Shown here in pieces: positions 7,756 to 17,615 of a DNA stretch of 52,080 bases; within the stretch, counting starts at the first letter, position 1; each line of letters starts with the position of its first letter. Origin of the DNA: an uncultured Chromatiales bacterium (lineage in GTDB: Bacteria; Pseudomonadota; Gammaproteobacteria; SZUA-140); assembly GCA_964546765.1 (NCBI GenBank), contig CAZJKV010000002.1:1664-53743 (forward strand), written 5' to 3'. A program made the position numbers and the translations under genes. The notes beneath the pieces are model-generated. The model saw nothing but the letters and a program-made list of their open reading frames with translations, searched no databases and was not told the origin of the DNA.

Positions 7756-8676
7756 ATGCCGGTAATGAGTCACGCCGGCCGCCCACTGATCTTTGGCGAG
7801 GTGCTGTTCGATGCCTTCCCGGACGGCAGCGAGGTGCTCGGCGGCGCGCCGTTCAATGTCGCGTGGCATCTGCAGGGTTTCGGCCTGCGTCCGCTGCTGA
7901 TCAGCCGGACGGGCAGTGACGCGCGCGGTGAGCGGATCCTCGGCACGATGGGTGACTGGGGCATGGACGTCGCCGGCGTACAGCAGGATGATCATCGCCC
8001 GACCGGGTCCGTCATCGTGACGCTGAACAACGGCCAGCCGGTCTTCGAGATCGTTCCCGACCAGGCCTGGGATCACATCGAGGCGCTGCCGGCGTTCGCC
8101 GCGGCGAGCGACAGCGACATCGCGCTGATCTATCACGGCACGCTCGCGCTCAGGAACGCAACATCTTGCGATGCGTTGCGCGAATTGCGCGAGCGGCTGT
8201 ATGCGCCGGTCTGCATCGACGTGAACCTGCGCCCGCCCTGGTGGGACAGGAAACTGCTCGCGGGCTTGCTGCATGGCGCCGGGTGGGTGAAACTCAACGA
8301 TACCGAGCTGGAGACGCTTATCGGCGAGACGCTTGCGGACGCGTCGGATCTCGAGTGCGCCGCCGCGGTTTTGCGGCGCCACCACGAGATCGATACCCTG
8401 GTGATCACCCGGGGCGCGAGCGGCGCGATGATCATGAACGGCGACGGCGTCTGCCACGGGGCGCCTGCGCTGGTACCGACACTGGTCGATACCGTCGGCG
8501 CCGGTGACGCGTTCAGCGCGATCGCGCTGCTGGGTATGCTGCAGGGCTGGCCGGCGGCGGTGACGCTCACGCGCGCGTTGCGTTTTGCGTCGGACGTCTG
8601 CGGTATGCGCGGCGCGACGGCGCCGGACCGCTCGCTGTATGAGCGGCACACCGAACAATGGGACGGACTTCGCTGA
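7756..8676 (+). CDS. PfkB-family carbohydrate kinase, probable fructokinase
   Basis: GGAPFNVA near the N-terminus and the DTVGAGDAF PfkB signature. The stop overlaps the next start (TGATG). Confidence 0.8.
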   Translation: MPVMSHAGRPLIFGEVLFDAFPDGSEVLGGAPFNVAWHLQGFGLRPLLISRTGSDARGERILGTMGDWGMDVAGVQQDDHRPTGSVIVTLNNGQPVFEIVPDQAWDHIEALPAFAAASDSDIALIYHGTLALRNATSCDALRELRERLYAPVCIDVNLRPPWWDRKLLAGLLHGAGWVKLNDTELETLIGETLADASDLECAAAVLRRHHEIDTLVITRGASGAMIMNGDGVCHGAPALVPTLVDTVGAGDAFSAIALLGMLQGWPAAVTLTRALRFASDVCGMRGATAPDRSLYERHTEQWDGLR

Positions 8677-10853
8677 TGCCGAAGCCTGGGGATGGGCTCT
8701 ATATCGTGCTGATCAGTGTCCACGGGCTGATCCGCGGACACGACCTCGAGCTCGGGCGCGACGCCGATACCGGCGGTCAGACGCTTTATGTGCTCGAACT
8801 GATGCGCGCGCTTGCCGCTCACCCCGATGTCGCACGGGTCGACCTGCTGACCCGGCGAGTGCATGACGCGAAGGTCAGCGAAGACTACGCCCAGCCCTAT
8901 CAACAACTCGGCCCGAAGTCGCACATCATACGCCTCCCCTGCGGTCCGCGCCGCTACCTGCGCAAGGAGGTGCTATGGCCACACCTCGACAGCTTCGCCG
9001 ACCAGGCGCTCAAGCATATCCGCAAGGTCGGGCAGGTGCCGGACGTCATCCACGGCCACTACGCCGACGCCGGCTATGTGGGCGTGCGATTGTCCAATCT
9101 GCTCGAGGCGCCGCTGGTGTTCACCGGCCATTCGCTTGGACACGTCAAGCGCGAGCGCCTGATCGAGCGCGGCGTCAAGCCCGAGGTCATTGAAAAGCAG
9201 TATCACATCAGTCAGCGCATCGAGGCCGAGAACATGGCGCTCGACAATGCGTCTCTGGTCGTCGCCAGCACCCACCAGGAAGTCGAGGTCCAGTACAGCC
9301 GCTACGACAACTATCAGCCCACACGCATGGTCGTGATCCCGCCCGGGATCGACCTGGAGCGCTTCTATCCGCCGAAACGCGGCCGATTCCAGCCGGATAT
9401 CTATTACCAGATCAAGCGCTTCCTCACCGCGCCGGACAAGCCGTTGATCCTCGCGATCGCACGGCCGGATCCGCGCAAGAACCTGACGACGCTGGTCGAG
9501 GCCTATGGCCGGCACCCGGACCTGCGCGAGCTCGCGAATCTCGTCATCGTTGCCGGCAATCGCGAGGATCTCGTATCAATGGAAAAGGGTCCACGCCGCG
9601 TGCTGAGTGAGCTGATGATGCTGATCGATCGCCATGACCTCTATGGCCACATCGCCTATCCCAAGCATCACCAGTCCGGGGACGTGCCCTATCTTTATCG
9701 CATCGCGGCACGCTCACGCGGGGTGTTCGTCAACCCCGCGCTGACCGAACCGTTCGGTCTGACCCTGCTCGAGGCTGCCGCGAGCGGCCTGCCGATTATC
9801 GCGACCAACGATGGCGGACCACAGGACATCATCAAATATTGCAGAAACGGCCTGCTGATCGATCCGCTTGATACCGACGGACTCGGTGCTGCACTGCACG
9901 CGGCGCTGTCCGACCGACGCCAGTGGTCGCGCTGGTCGAAATCCGGCATTGCCGGCGTAAAGCGTCATTTCTCGTGGGATGGGCATGTGGTGTCCTATCT
10001 CGGGGAGATCGAAAAGGTGATGGGCAAGATTACACGCCGGCACGGACCTCCGCCCGCGCTGAAGAGCAAGCTGCCGGTGTCCGACCGCGTGCTGGTCTGC
10101 GACATCGACAACACGCTGATCGGGGACGATGAATCACTCGATGCGCTGCTGAATCTCATGCACAGGTCACCGGAACGCATCGGTTTCGGTGTGGCGACCG
10201 GGCGGCGCATAGACAGCGCGGTCAAGGTGCTCAGGGAATGGGATGTCCCGGCGCCGGACTTCATCATCTCCGCGGCAGGGGCGGAGATCCATTACGGTCC
10301 GAAGCAGGTCGACGACGAGACCTGGAAGAAACATATCGATTTTCGCTGGGAGCCCGAACTGGTGCGCGAGGCGATGCGCAGCATCCCGGGGCTTAAGCTG
10401 CAACCGAAAGATGAACAGCGCCGCTACAAGATCAGCTATTTCGTGGACACCAGCCGTTTTCCCGGGCTGCGTGACGTGTTGCGCCACCTGCGCCGACTCG
10501 ACATACACGCCAGCGTCATTTATTCGCACCAGGCCTATTGCGACCTGCTTCCGGTGCGTGCATCAAAGGGCGCGGCCCTGCGTTACCTGGCCGACAAGTG
10601 GGGCATCTCCCTCGAGCGCATCCTCGCGGCCGGCGATTCCGGCAACGACGAGGAGATGCTGTCGGGTCAGACCCTCGGCGTCGTCGTCGGCAATCACAGC
10701 GTGGAACTCAAAAAACTGCGCGGCAATGACCGGATCTATTTCGCGAGCGGCCATTACGCCGCGGGGATCATCGAAGGCATCAGGTATTATGATTTTCTGG
10801 GTACCGAAGAGACCCGGAAGAAGGAGGCAACATCAAAGATCACAGCGGCGTGA
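8676..10853 (+). CDS. sps: Sucrose-phosphate synthase with C-terminal HAD (sucrose-phosphate phosphatase-like) domain
   Basis: GT-B motifs [27 protein letters not shown] and [16 protein letters not shown]. The C-terminal HAD motifs are intact: [25 protein letters not shown]. The ORF is open from 8658; the ATG at 8676 overlaps the fructokinase stop. Confidence 0.85.
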   Translation: MPKPGDGLYIVLISVHGLIRGHDLELGRDADTGGQTLYVLELMRALAAHPDVARVDLLTRRVHDAKVSEDYAQPYQQLGPKSHIIRLPCGPRRYLRKEVLWPHLDSFADQALKHIRKVGQVPDVIHGHYADAGYVGVRLSNLLEAPLVFTGHSLGHVKRERLIERGVKPEVIEKQYHISQRIEAENMALDNASLVVASTHQEVEVQYSRYDNYQPTRMVVIPPGIDLERFYPPKRGRFQPDIYYQIKRFLTAPDKPLILAIARPDPRKNLTTLVEAYGRHPDLRELANLVIVAGNREDLVSMEKGPRRVLSELMMLIDRHDLYGHIAYPKHHQSGDVPYLYRIAARSRGVFVNPALTEPFGLTLLEAAASGLPIIATNDGGPQDIIKYCRNGLLIDPLDTDGLGAALHAALSDRRQWSRWSKSGIAGVKRHFSWDGHVVSYLGEIEKVMGKITRRHGPPPALKSKLPVSDRVLVCDIDNTLIGDDESLDALLNLMHRSPERIGFGVATGRRIDSAVKVLREWDVPAPDFIISAAGAEIHYGPKQVDDETWKKHIDFRWEPELVREAMRSIPGLKLQPKDEQRRYKISYFVDTSRFPGLRDVLRHLRRLDIHASVIYSHQAYCDLLPVRASKGAALRYLADKWGISLERILAAGDSGNDEEMLSGQTLGVVVGNHSVELKKLRGNDRIYFASGHYAAGIIEGIRYYDFLGTEETRKKEATSKITAA

Positions 10854-13288
10854 ATGCGCACACGGGCGATAACGGCAACGGCAATGGCAAGGGCCTGGAG
10901 GCCGCGGTAGAACAGTACCTGCACGAGCAGCGCGAGGCCTGTTACATGCTGCTGCGCCGGTATATCGCGCTCGACCGGCCGTTCCTGCTGCGTTCCGATA
11001 TCCTCGATGAATGCCGCGCCTTCTGCGCGGAAAACCCCGCGCTCGCCTTCGAGGCGTCGCCGCTTTACCAGATGATCCTTTCCGCGCAGGAAGCGGCGGT
11101 CTCCGCGCCGTGGGTGTGTATCGCGATCCGGCCGTCGATCGCGCGCTGGAAGTACTACCGCATCCACGCCGAGTCCCTGCACGCCGAGGCGATCGAGGTT
11201 TCCGGGTTCCTCGCGTTCAAGGAACGGCTCGTCAACGGCGCGGGACAGGCCGACGACTGGGCGACGCTCGAGTTCGATATCGGACCCTTCAGCCGCGAGT
11301 TCCCGCGCTTGCGCGAGTCGCGCTCGATCGGCCGCGGGGTTGAATTCCTGAACCGGCGCCTGTCGAGCCAGCTGTTTCAGGAGATCGGCAAGGGCGACCA
11401 GCGCATGCTCGACTTTCTGACGGTGCATCAATGCCAGGGCCGCCAGTTGATGGTCAACGACCGCATCGACAGCGTCACCGAGCTGCGTCGCCAGTTGCGC
11501 AGCGCGGAAGACCTGCTGGCAAGGCATCCCGACGATGCGCAGTGGGACGATGTCGGGCATGCGCTGCAGTCACTCGGCTTTGAGCCTGGCTGGGGCCGCA
11601 CCGTCTCCCGGATGCGCGATACCCTCTCGCTGCTGCGCGACATCCTCGAGGCGCCCGATCGCGACAACCTCGAGCTGTTCCTCGGCCGCGTCCCGATGAT
11701 CTTCAACCTGGTGATCCTGACCCCGCATGGCTATTTCGCGCAGGCCAACGTGCTCGGCATGCCGGACACCGGCGGGCAGGTCGTCTATATCCTGGATCAG
11801 GTGCGCGCGCTCGAGAAGGAGATGCGGCGCCGCCTGTCCGAGCAGGGCATAGACATCGACCCCCGGATCCTCGTCGTGACCCGCCTGATCCCGGAGGCAA
11901 AGGGCACCAGCTGCGATCAGCGCAGCGAGGAAATCATCGGCACTGAGCATGCGCGCATCCTGCGTGTCCCGTTTCGTAGCCCGGACGGCGAGATCGTGCC
12001 GCACTGGATCTCGCGCTTCGAGGTCTGGCCGTATCTCGAGCGCTTCGCGCTGGAGGTCGAGAAGGAGGTGCTCGCCGAACTCGCAGGTCGCCCCGACCTT
12101 ATCGTCGGCAACTATTCCGACGGCAACCTGGTTGCGACGCTGCTGTCGCAGCGCCTGCACGTGACCCAGTGCAACATCGCCCATGCGCTCGAGAAGCCGA
12201 AGTACCTGATGTCCGATCTCTACTGGAAGGCGAACGACCAGGAGTATCATTTCGCATGCCAGTTCACCGCCGACCTGATCGCGATGAACGCCGCGGACTT
12301 CATCATCACCAGCACCTACCAGGAGATCGCGGGTAATGGCGACAGCGTCGGGCAGTACGAGAGCTACACCTCGTACACGCTGCCGGACCTGTATCGTGTC
12401 GTGCGCGGCATCGACATGTTCGACCCGAAGTTCAATATCGTCTCGCCAGGCGCCGACGAAGAGGTCTATTTTCCGTATTCCGACGGCGCGCGCCGGCTGA
12501 CCTCGCTGCACGGCGAGCTCGACGCACTGGTCTACGGCGATGAGCCGCGGCCCGACGCACGCGGCGTACTGGCAGACCGTGACAAGCCGCTGTTGTTCTC
12601 GATGGCGCGACTCGATCGCATCAAGAACATCGCCGGACTGGTCGAGTGGTTCGGTGCGAGCAGTCGCCTGCGCGAGCGGGCGAACCTGCTGATCGTCGCC
12701 GGTCACGTCGATGCGGGCCGTTCCGCGGACCGCGAGGAACAGGCGCAGATCGCGCGCATGCACGAACTGATGAACCAGTACGCGCTCGACGGCGAGGTGC
12801 GCTGGCTCGGCGTGCAACTCGAGAAGAACATGGCGGGCGAGCTCTATCGTTATGTCGCCGACCGGCGCGGCGCCTTCGTCCAGCCGGCGCTGTTCGAGGC
12901 CTTCGGCCTGACGGTCGTCGAGGCAATGAGCGCCGGCCTGCCGACCTTCGCGACCCGCTATGGCGGTCCGCTCGAAATCATCGAGGATGGGCGGTCCGGC
13001 TTCCACATCGATCCGAATCACGGCGAGCGGTCGGCGGAGATCATCGCCGCATTCCTCGAGCGTGCGATGCAGGAACCGGCGCACTGGCAGCGCATCTCGG
13101 AACAGGCGCTGGAGCGCATCCGCAGCCGCTATACCTGGTCGCTGTACGCCGAGCGCATGATGACGCTGTCGCGTATCTACGGGTTCTGGAAATATGTGAC
13201 CAACCTCGAACGCGGCCAGGCCCGGCGCTATCTCGAGATGTTCTACGCGCTGCAGTACCGCGGACTCGCGAGCCGGATCCCGGACTGA
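10850..13288 (+). CDS. Sucrose synthase
   Basis: 812 aa. [23 protein letters not shown] and [20 protein letters not shown] are characteristic of SuSy-type GT4 enzymes. The GTG start overlaps the sps stop (GTGA). Confidence 0.85.
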   Translation: MNAHTGDNGNGNGKGLEAAVEQYLHEQREACYMLLRRYIALDRPFLLRSDILDECRAFCAENPALAFEASPLYQMILSAQEAAVSAPWVCIAIRPSIARWKYYRIHAESLHAEAIEVSGFLAFKERLVNGAGQADDWATLEFDIGPFSREFPRLRESRSIGRGVEFLNRRLSSQLFQEIGKGDQRMLDFLTVHQCQGRQLMVNDRIDSVTELRRQLRSAEDLLARHPDDAQWDDVGHALQSLGFEPGWGRTVSRMRDTLSLLRDILEAPDRDNLELFLGRVPMIFNLVILTPHGYFAQANVLGMPDTGGQVVYILDQVRALEKEMRRRLSEQGIDIDPRILVVTRLIPEAKGTSCDQRSEEIIGTEHARILRVPFRSPDGEIVPHWISRFEVWPYLERFALEVEKEVLAELAGRPDLIVGNYSDGNLVATLLSQRLHVTQCNIAHALEKPKYLMSDLYWKANDQEYHFACQFTADLIAMNAADFIITSTYQEIAGNGDSVGQYESYTSYTLPDLYRVVRGIDMFDPKFNIVSPGADEEVYFPYSDGARRLTSLHGELDALVYGDEPRPDARGVLADRDKPLLFSMARLDRIKNIAGLVEWFGASSRLRERANLLIVAGHVDAGRSADREEQAQIARMHELMNQYALDGEVRWLGVQLEKNMAGELYRYVADRRGAFVQPALFEAFGLTVVEAMSAGLPTFATRYGGPLEIIEDGRSGFHIDPNHGERSAEIIAAFLERAMQEPAHWQRISEQALERIRSRYTWSLYAERMMTLSRIYGFWKYVTNLERGQARRYLEMFYALQYRGLASRIPD

Positions 13289-13343
13289 GGGCGCGCGGTT
13301 GATTTGCCGCCCTCGCTGGCATATGCTGCCGGTCGCCCCCGAT

Positions 13344-13420
13344 GCGCCCTTAGCTCAGTTGGATAGAGCGTTGGATTCCGATTCCAAAGGTCAGAGGTTC
13401 GAATCCTCTAGGGCGCGCCA
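13344..13420 (+). tRNA. tRNA-Arg (anticodon CCG)
   Basis: Hand-folded cloverleaf: acceptor GCGCCCT/AGGGCGC, D arm GCTC-AGTTGGATA-GAGC, anticodon arm TTGGA-TTCCGAT-TCCAA, variable loop AGGTC, T arm AGAGG-TTCGAAT-CCTCT, discriminator G, encoded CCA. Total 77 nt. Confidence 0.95.
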
Positions 13421-13557
13421 TTCCGCGAACCTCAAGTAAGTCATTGATCTGTCGATAATCCTGGCGGGGCCGGTGAATTCCCGAGGGCATTTTTCCGGCA
13501 AAAGGCGCATAATAGTGTCTCTCAGGGTAGACGGGCTGTCCATCCGATGGGCTGCGT

Positions 13558-14661
13558 ATGAAGTCATATTCCGCATATATCTCCCTAATATTGGCGGCCT
13601 TCCTGTTGCTGGGTAGTTGCAGCAAAAGTAGCTCGCGCAATGACGGGATCGGACCGACGCCCGGGAACGATCCCGGCACCGCCGGCGACCCGTCATCGAT
13701 ACTCCCGATATCGATCGACCAGATCACCACCGAGAATGCCGAATTACTGACGCGTTCGATGATGTCGATGATCGGCCGGCTCGCGGCCATCGGCGAGGTC
13801 ACGACCACGGTCGTGCTCAAGGGCGCCGGATTGTTGACGAATCCGTCCCGCCAGCCCGGCGACGCGGTCGGGATGCCGGAGTGCAACGACGCGCTCGAAC
13901 CGGGGCCGGGCACGAACCAGATCAGCTTCGAGATCAACCAGCCTGGGTTTTTCGTCCCTCCCGGTCAGGCGTTGCGCGCCGCATTCTCCCAGTGTTCGAT
14001 CGAAGGATTTCTCGTCAACGGCACCGTGGAAGTCGCGGCGATATCCTACGGCGGCGACCTTGCGAGCGAGGTCGCCAACTGGGAACTGCAGGCAACAGCC
14101 GTCCTCGGACCGTTCCAGATCCATAATCCCAACGGTACGCAGACGACCTATACCGACAAGTACAAGTACCGGGTGTCGCGGTCGGGTAGCGTGCTGACGA
14201 CCGATCTCGAGATCGCCGCAGACCCCGATACCGGCGTGATCGGCGGGTTGAACGCGCAGCATTTTCTGACGCTGCCAACGACCTCCCAGAGCGTCGTCAA
14301 TTACCAGTTCCGCCCGTTCCGTCTCCGCACCGTCGATAATGCGGACACCGGCGAGTACACGGTCATCGTGCAGGCCTCGCCCGAAGGCGACAGCCTGTTG
14401 AACCGCTACACGGCGACCCCGTCGGGCGAGATCAAGCTGACGGTCGCGACGGCCGGCCTGTCGCCGATCGTCTGGCTTTCCGGAAAGCCGGAGTCCCATC
14501 TTGAAGTCCCCGCCGCCGGCGAGATCGGGTTCGTCGAAAACGGACGCAGCATCGTCGCGACCGTCGAGAGTGACGGCGTGCTGCTGACCATCACCATCGG
14601 CGGATCCGTGACGACCGAGACGATCGAATGGACGGAATTGCTGACCGCGCCGGAGTCCTGA
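13558..14661 (+). CDS. Hypothetical lipoprotein
   Basis: Signal peptide with lipobox MKSYSAYISLILAAFLLLGSC. Ordinary amino-acid composition. I recognise no family. Confidence 0.65.
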   Translation: MKSYSAYISLILAAFLLLGSCSKSSSRNDGIGPTPGNDPGTAGDPSSILPISIDQITTENAELLTRSMMSMIGRLAAIGEVTTTVVLKGAGLLTNPSRQPGDAVGMPECNDALEPGPGTNQISFEINQPGFFVPPGQALRAAFSQCSIEGFLVNGTVEVAAISYGGDLASEVANWELQATAVLGPFQIHNPNGTQTTYTDKYKYRVSRSGSVLTTDLEIAADPDTGVIGGLNAQHFLTLPTTSQSVVNYQFRPFRLRTVDNADTGEYTVIVQASPEGDSLLNRYTATPSGEIKLTVATAGLSPIVWLSGKPESHLEVPAAGEIGFVENGRSIVATVESDGVLLTITIGGSVTTETIEWTELLTAPES

Positions 14662-15399
14662 TTGATCCACGTCCTTCAGCATGTCCCGTTCGAAGGGCTG
14701 GGCAGCATTGAATCCTGGATCTCGCGCCGCAAGGCCGCCATCTCGTACACCCGTTTCTTCGCATCCCCGACACTGCCGGACCTCGATGGCCTCGAACTGA
14801 TCATCGCGCTCGGCGGACCGATGAGCGTCAACGACGAGGCCGCGCTGCCGTGGCTGGTCGATGAAAAGCGGTTTCTGCGCGAGGCGATCCGGAGCGGTGT
14901 CCCGGTGCTGGGGATCTGTCTCGGCGCGCAACTCATCGCGAGCGCGCTCGGCGCGCGGGTCCGGCCCGGCCCGGCGAAGGAGATCGGCTGGTTCGACATC
15001 GAAGGTAGCGCCAGTCCGGGCGATTGCTTCCGGTTTCCGGAGCGGACAACCGTGTTCCACTGGCACGGCGAGAGCTTCGAACTGCCGCCCGGCGCGGTAA
15101 GGCTCGCGCGCAGCGCCGCCTGCGGGGACCAGGCGTTCCAGATCGGGCGCAACGTGATCGGCCTGCAGTTTCATCTCGAGTCCACGCCGGAGAGTGTGGA
15201 CGCGATCATCTCGAACTGTCGCGATGATCTGGTCGGTGGCAAGTATGTCCAGTCCGAGGGCGCCCTGCGCGGCGCGCCGCCCACCGCCTATGCGGCGATC
15301 AACCGTCTGATGGATGATGTGCTGGATTACCTGACACGCGATCCCCGATCATCCGCTGTTCAGCGATTCAGCAACACGACCGGCAGCAGCGCGAGATAG
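14662..15399 (+). CDS. Type 1 glutamine amidotransferase-like protein
   Basis: IHVLQHVPFEGLGSIE N-terminus and the nucleophile elbow GICLGAQLIA. The TTG start immediately follows the lipoprotein stop (TGATTG). Confidence 0.8.
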   Translation: MIHVLQHVPFEGLGSIESWISRRKAAISYTRFFASPTLPDLDGLELIIALGGPMSVNDEAALPWLVDEKRFLREAIRSGVPVLGICLGAQLIASALGARVRPGPAKEIGWFDIEGSASPGDCFRFPERTTVFHWHGESFELPPGAVRLARSAACGDQAFQIGRNVIGLQFHLESTPESVDAIISNCRDDLVGGKYVQSEGALRGAPPTAYAAINRLMDDVLDYLTRDPRSSAVQRFSNTTGSSAR

Positions 15400-15725
15400 A
15401 ATATCGCGACGATCGCGACGACATAGATCGCGAAGCGGACCGGATTTCTCATGAATAAAGTGAACCAGGTATCGGCGTCGCCGCGGCGCCGGCGTTCGGC
15501 ATGTTCGGCGCGGGCGCGACTCGCACGCTCCTTCTGGTATTCCGCGAGCAGGCCCTTCGCCTCGTCGTACTGGCGCTCGTCGCGCAGCCAGATACACGCG
15601 CCCGACAGGCCCCATTTGCTCGGCATCGTCTCGTAATAGTCGATGTGATGCAGGTCGAGCAGGGCGCGCACCTCGCCGGATTCGTCGTCCGGGACATTGC
15701 GCAGGTTCATCAGGAGTTTGGCCAT
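15360..15725 (-). CDS. Small membrane-anchored protein (DUF6164-like, tentative)
   Basis: MAKLLMNLRNVPDDESGEVRALLDLHHIDYYET...WGLSGACIWL plus a C-terminal TM helix FAIYVVAIVAIFYLALLPVVLL. The family name is recalled from memory. The 3' end overlaps the convergent GATase ORF by 40 nt. Confidence 0.6.
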   Translation of the reverse strand: MAKLLMNLRNVPDDESGEVRALLDLHHIDYYETMPSKWGLSGACIWLRDERQYDEAKGLLAEYQKERASRARAEHAERRRRGDADTWFTLFMRNPVRFAIYVVAIVAIFYLALLPVVLLNR

Positions 15726-15749
15726 CGGATTTGCGGAAGCGGTATGCTG

Positions 15750-15783
15750 GTAGCCCGTGCTATTTTAGGGCTACAATTTTTTT
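15750..15783 (+). terminator. Intrinsic-terminator-like hairpin in a divergent promoter region
   Basis: GTAGCCC-(11 nt)-GGGCTAC followed by AATTTTTTT. No plus-strand gene ends just upstream. Confidence 0.35.
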
Positions 15784-15824
15784 CGGGCAATTCGCGGGGC
15801 TGCGGTCGCAAGGGGGCGTGTATC

Positions 15825-16301
15825 ATGACAATAACCGTAAGATGGGCCGCGCTCGCCGCGCTGTGCCTGCCATTCATGCACGGCCTGGCGATTGCGCACG
15901 GTGGTCCCACCGTCGTGCCGGATCGCGAGCGTGAGATCGCGCGCGACATCGGGGCCGACGGCCCGACCGAAAACCGCGGCGTCGAGGCGGTGAACCGTCT
16001 CGGCGCGATCCTGATCGACGGCGAGTTTCCGGGCCTTGAGGGGAAGGAGTTGCGCGCCCGCGAGATCATCATCGCGCCCGGCGGGGTCATCGCGGTGCAC
16101 CGGCACGACGCGCGCCCGGGACTGGCGTATATCCTCGAAGGCGAGATCGTCGAGCATCGCAACGATGCCGCCGGACCGGTCACGCGTCGCGCCGGCGATG
16201 TCTCGTTCGAAAAGACAGGCGTTGTCCACTGGTGGGAGAATGTCAGCGACGCGAAGGTCCGCGCCCTGATCGTCGACATCGTCGATGTGCCCGGGGAGTA
16301 A
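15825..16301 (+). CDS. Secreted cupin-domain protein
   Basis: Signal peptide MTITVRWAALAALCLPFMHGLAIAHG. Cupin motifs GGVIAVHRHDARPGLAYILEGE and GVVHWWEN. The longer ORF from 15501 is antisense to the neighbouring gene. Confidence 0.7.
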   Translation: MTITVRWAALAALCLPFMHGLAIAHGGPTVVPDREREIARDIGADGPTENRGVEAVNRLGAILIDGEFPGLEGKELRAREIIIAPGGVIAVHRHDARPGLAYILEGEIVEHRNDAAGPVTRRAGDVSFEKTGVVHWWENVSDAKVRALIVDIVDVPGE

Positions 16302-16313
16302 GGGGATGCAGCG

Positions 16314-17102
16314 ATGATCGGCGCGATCGCCGGCGACATCATCGGCTCGGTCTACGAGTTCGCGAATCTCCGTTCGAAGGAATTCGAGCTGTTCGATCCC
16401 CGCTGCGTCTTCACGGACGACACCGTGCTCACGGTCGCGCTCGCCGAGGCGATCCTGACCGGCGGCGATTATGTCGCGCTGATGCGCAGCTATTATTGCC
16501 GCTATCCGGACGCCGGTTACGGCAGTTCGTTTCATGTCTGGGCGCGATCCGAGCGCCCGCAACCCTATAACAGCTGGGGCAACGGCGCCGCAATGCGCAT
16601 CAGCCCGGTCGGCTTCGCCTTCGATGCGCTGGACGAGGTGCTGTTGCGGGCGACGCAATACACGGAGGTCACCCACGACCATCCCGAAGGCCTCAAGGGG
16701 GCGCGTGCGACCGCAGCGGCGATCTTTCTCGCCCGCAACGGCGCGACGCGCGACGAGATCCGCGAGTTTACCCGGCAGCATACTGGGTATGACCTGTCGC
16801 GCACGCTCGATGAAATCCGCCCCGGGTATACATTCAATGAATCCTGTCAGGGTACGGTTCCGGAGGCGATCATCGCATTCCTCGAATCGACCGGCTATGA
16901 AGACGCAATCCGCAACGCGATCTCGCTCGGCGGCGACAGCGACACGCTGGCATGCATCACCGGCGGGATCGCTGCAGCGTTCTACGGAGGAGTGCCTGAT
17001 GCGATCGCGAGCAAGGTGTTCGAGATCCTCGATGACGACCTCGCCGCGGTGACGCGCGAATTCACGCAGCGATACCCGGCGGTGCGCGGCGCCCGGCTCT
17101 GA
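16314..17102 (+). CDS. ADP-ribosylglycohydrolase family protein
   Basis: MIGAIAGDIIGSVYEF...FTDDTVLTVALAEA N-terminal motif and C-terminal GGDSDTLACITGGIA metal-site motif. Confidence 0.85.
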   Translation: MIGAIAGDIIGSVYEFANLRSKEFELFDPRCVFTDDTVLTVALAEAILTGGDYVALMRSYYCRYPDAGYGSSFHVWARSERPQPYNSWGNGAAMRISPVGFAFDALDEVLLRATQYTEVTHDHPEGLKGARATAAAIFLARNGATRDEIREFTRQHTGYDLSRTLDEIRPGYTFNESCQGTVPEAIIAFLESTGYEDAIRNAISLGGDSDTLACITGGIAAAFYGGVPDAIASKVFEILDDDLAAVTREFTQRYPAVRGARL

Positions 17103-17560
17103 TGCGCCTGTGGAGCCTGCATCCGCGCCTGCTCGACCGGCGCGGTCTGGTCGCGTTGTGGCGCGAGGCGCTGCTCGCCCAGGCGGTGTTCGCCGGCAAG
17201 ACGCGCGGCTACACCCGCCACCCCCAGCTGATGCGCTTCCGCGCGGCGCATGATCCGCTGGTCGCGATCGCCGTGTACCTTCGCGCAGTGCATGGCGAGG
17301 CGGTCAGGCGCGGCTATGCGTTCGACGCCAGGCGGATCGGTCCGGCAGCCGGACGGCAGCGGCGCCTCACGGTCACCGACGGCCAGATCGCGTACGAGTG
17401 GAGGCACCTGAATGGCAAGCTCAGGGCGCGCGATCCGGCCTGGCTCAGTGGACTGAAGGGGATCACGCTAACCGATCCGCACCCGCTATTCCGGGTCGTT
17501 CCCGGCGCGATCGAGCCATGGGAGCTCATCGGATCCCGGCGACTGAAACAATCTACTTGA
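17102..17560 (+). CDS. Pyrimidine dimer DNA glycosylase / endonuclease V (DenV-like) family protein
   Basis: MRLWSLHPRLLDRRGLVALWREALLAQAV...GYTRHPQLMRF matches the family N-terminus. The start overlaps the upstream stop (TGATG). Confidence 0.8.
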   Translation: MRLWSLHPRLLDRRGLVALWREALLAQAVFAGKTRGYTRHPQLMRFRAAHDPLVAIAVYLRAVHGEAVRRGYAFDARRIGPAAGRQRRLTVTDGQIAYEWRHLNGKLRARDPAWLSGLKGITLTDPHPLFRVVPGAIEPWELIGSRRLKQST

Positions 17561-17590
17561 AAACATAATATGTATCTATATAATGTTTTC
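17559..17590. promoter_or_regulatory. AT-rich inverted repeat GAAAACAT-N16-ATGTTTTC; candidate ArsR-family operator
   Basis: Read directly from the sequence. It lies in the 55-bp AT-rich spacer just upstream of the ArsR-family gene. Confidence 0.4.
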
Positions 17591-17615
17591 ATCCTGGTAG
17601 CCGTGGGCTGAGACT

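Noticed and set aside
11570-13084. 504-aa minus-strand ORF inside the sucrose synthase gene
   Set aside because: It is a shadow ORF of a high-GC gene. It has an Arg/Asp/Ala/Gly-rich low-complexity composition and no motifs, while the plus strand carries clear SuSy motifs.
13744-15174. 476-aa minus-strand ORF across the lipoprotein and GATase genes
   Set aside because: Same shadow-ORF signature (RRGQQFRPFDRLGRHGSADGDG...). The plus strand has a lipobox signal peptide and the GATase nucleophile elbow.
15501-15824. N-terminal extension of the cupin ORF back to 15501
   Set aside because: The extension is antisense to the DUF6164-like gene and has shadow-frame composition. The ATG at 15825 is followed immediately by a canonical signal peptide.
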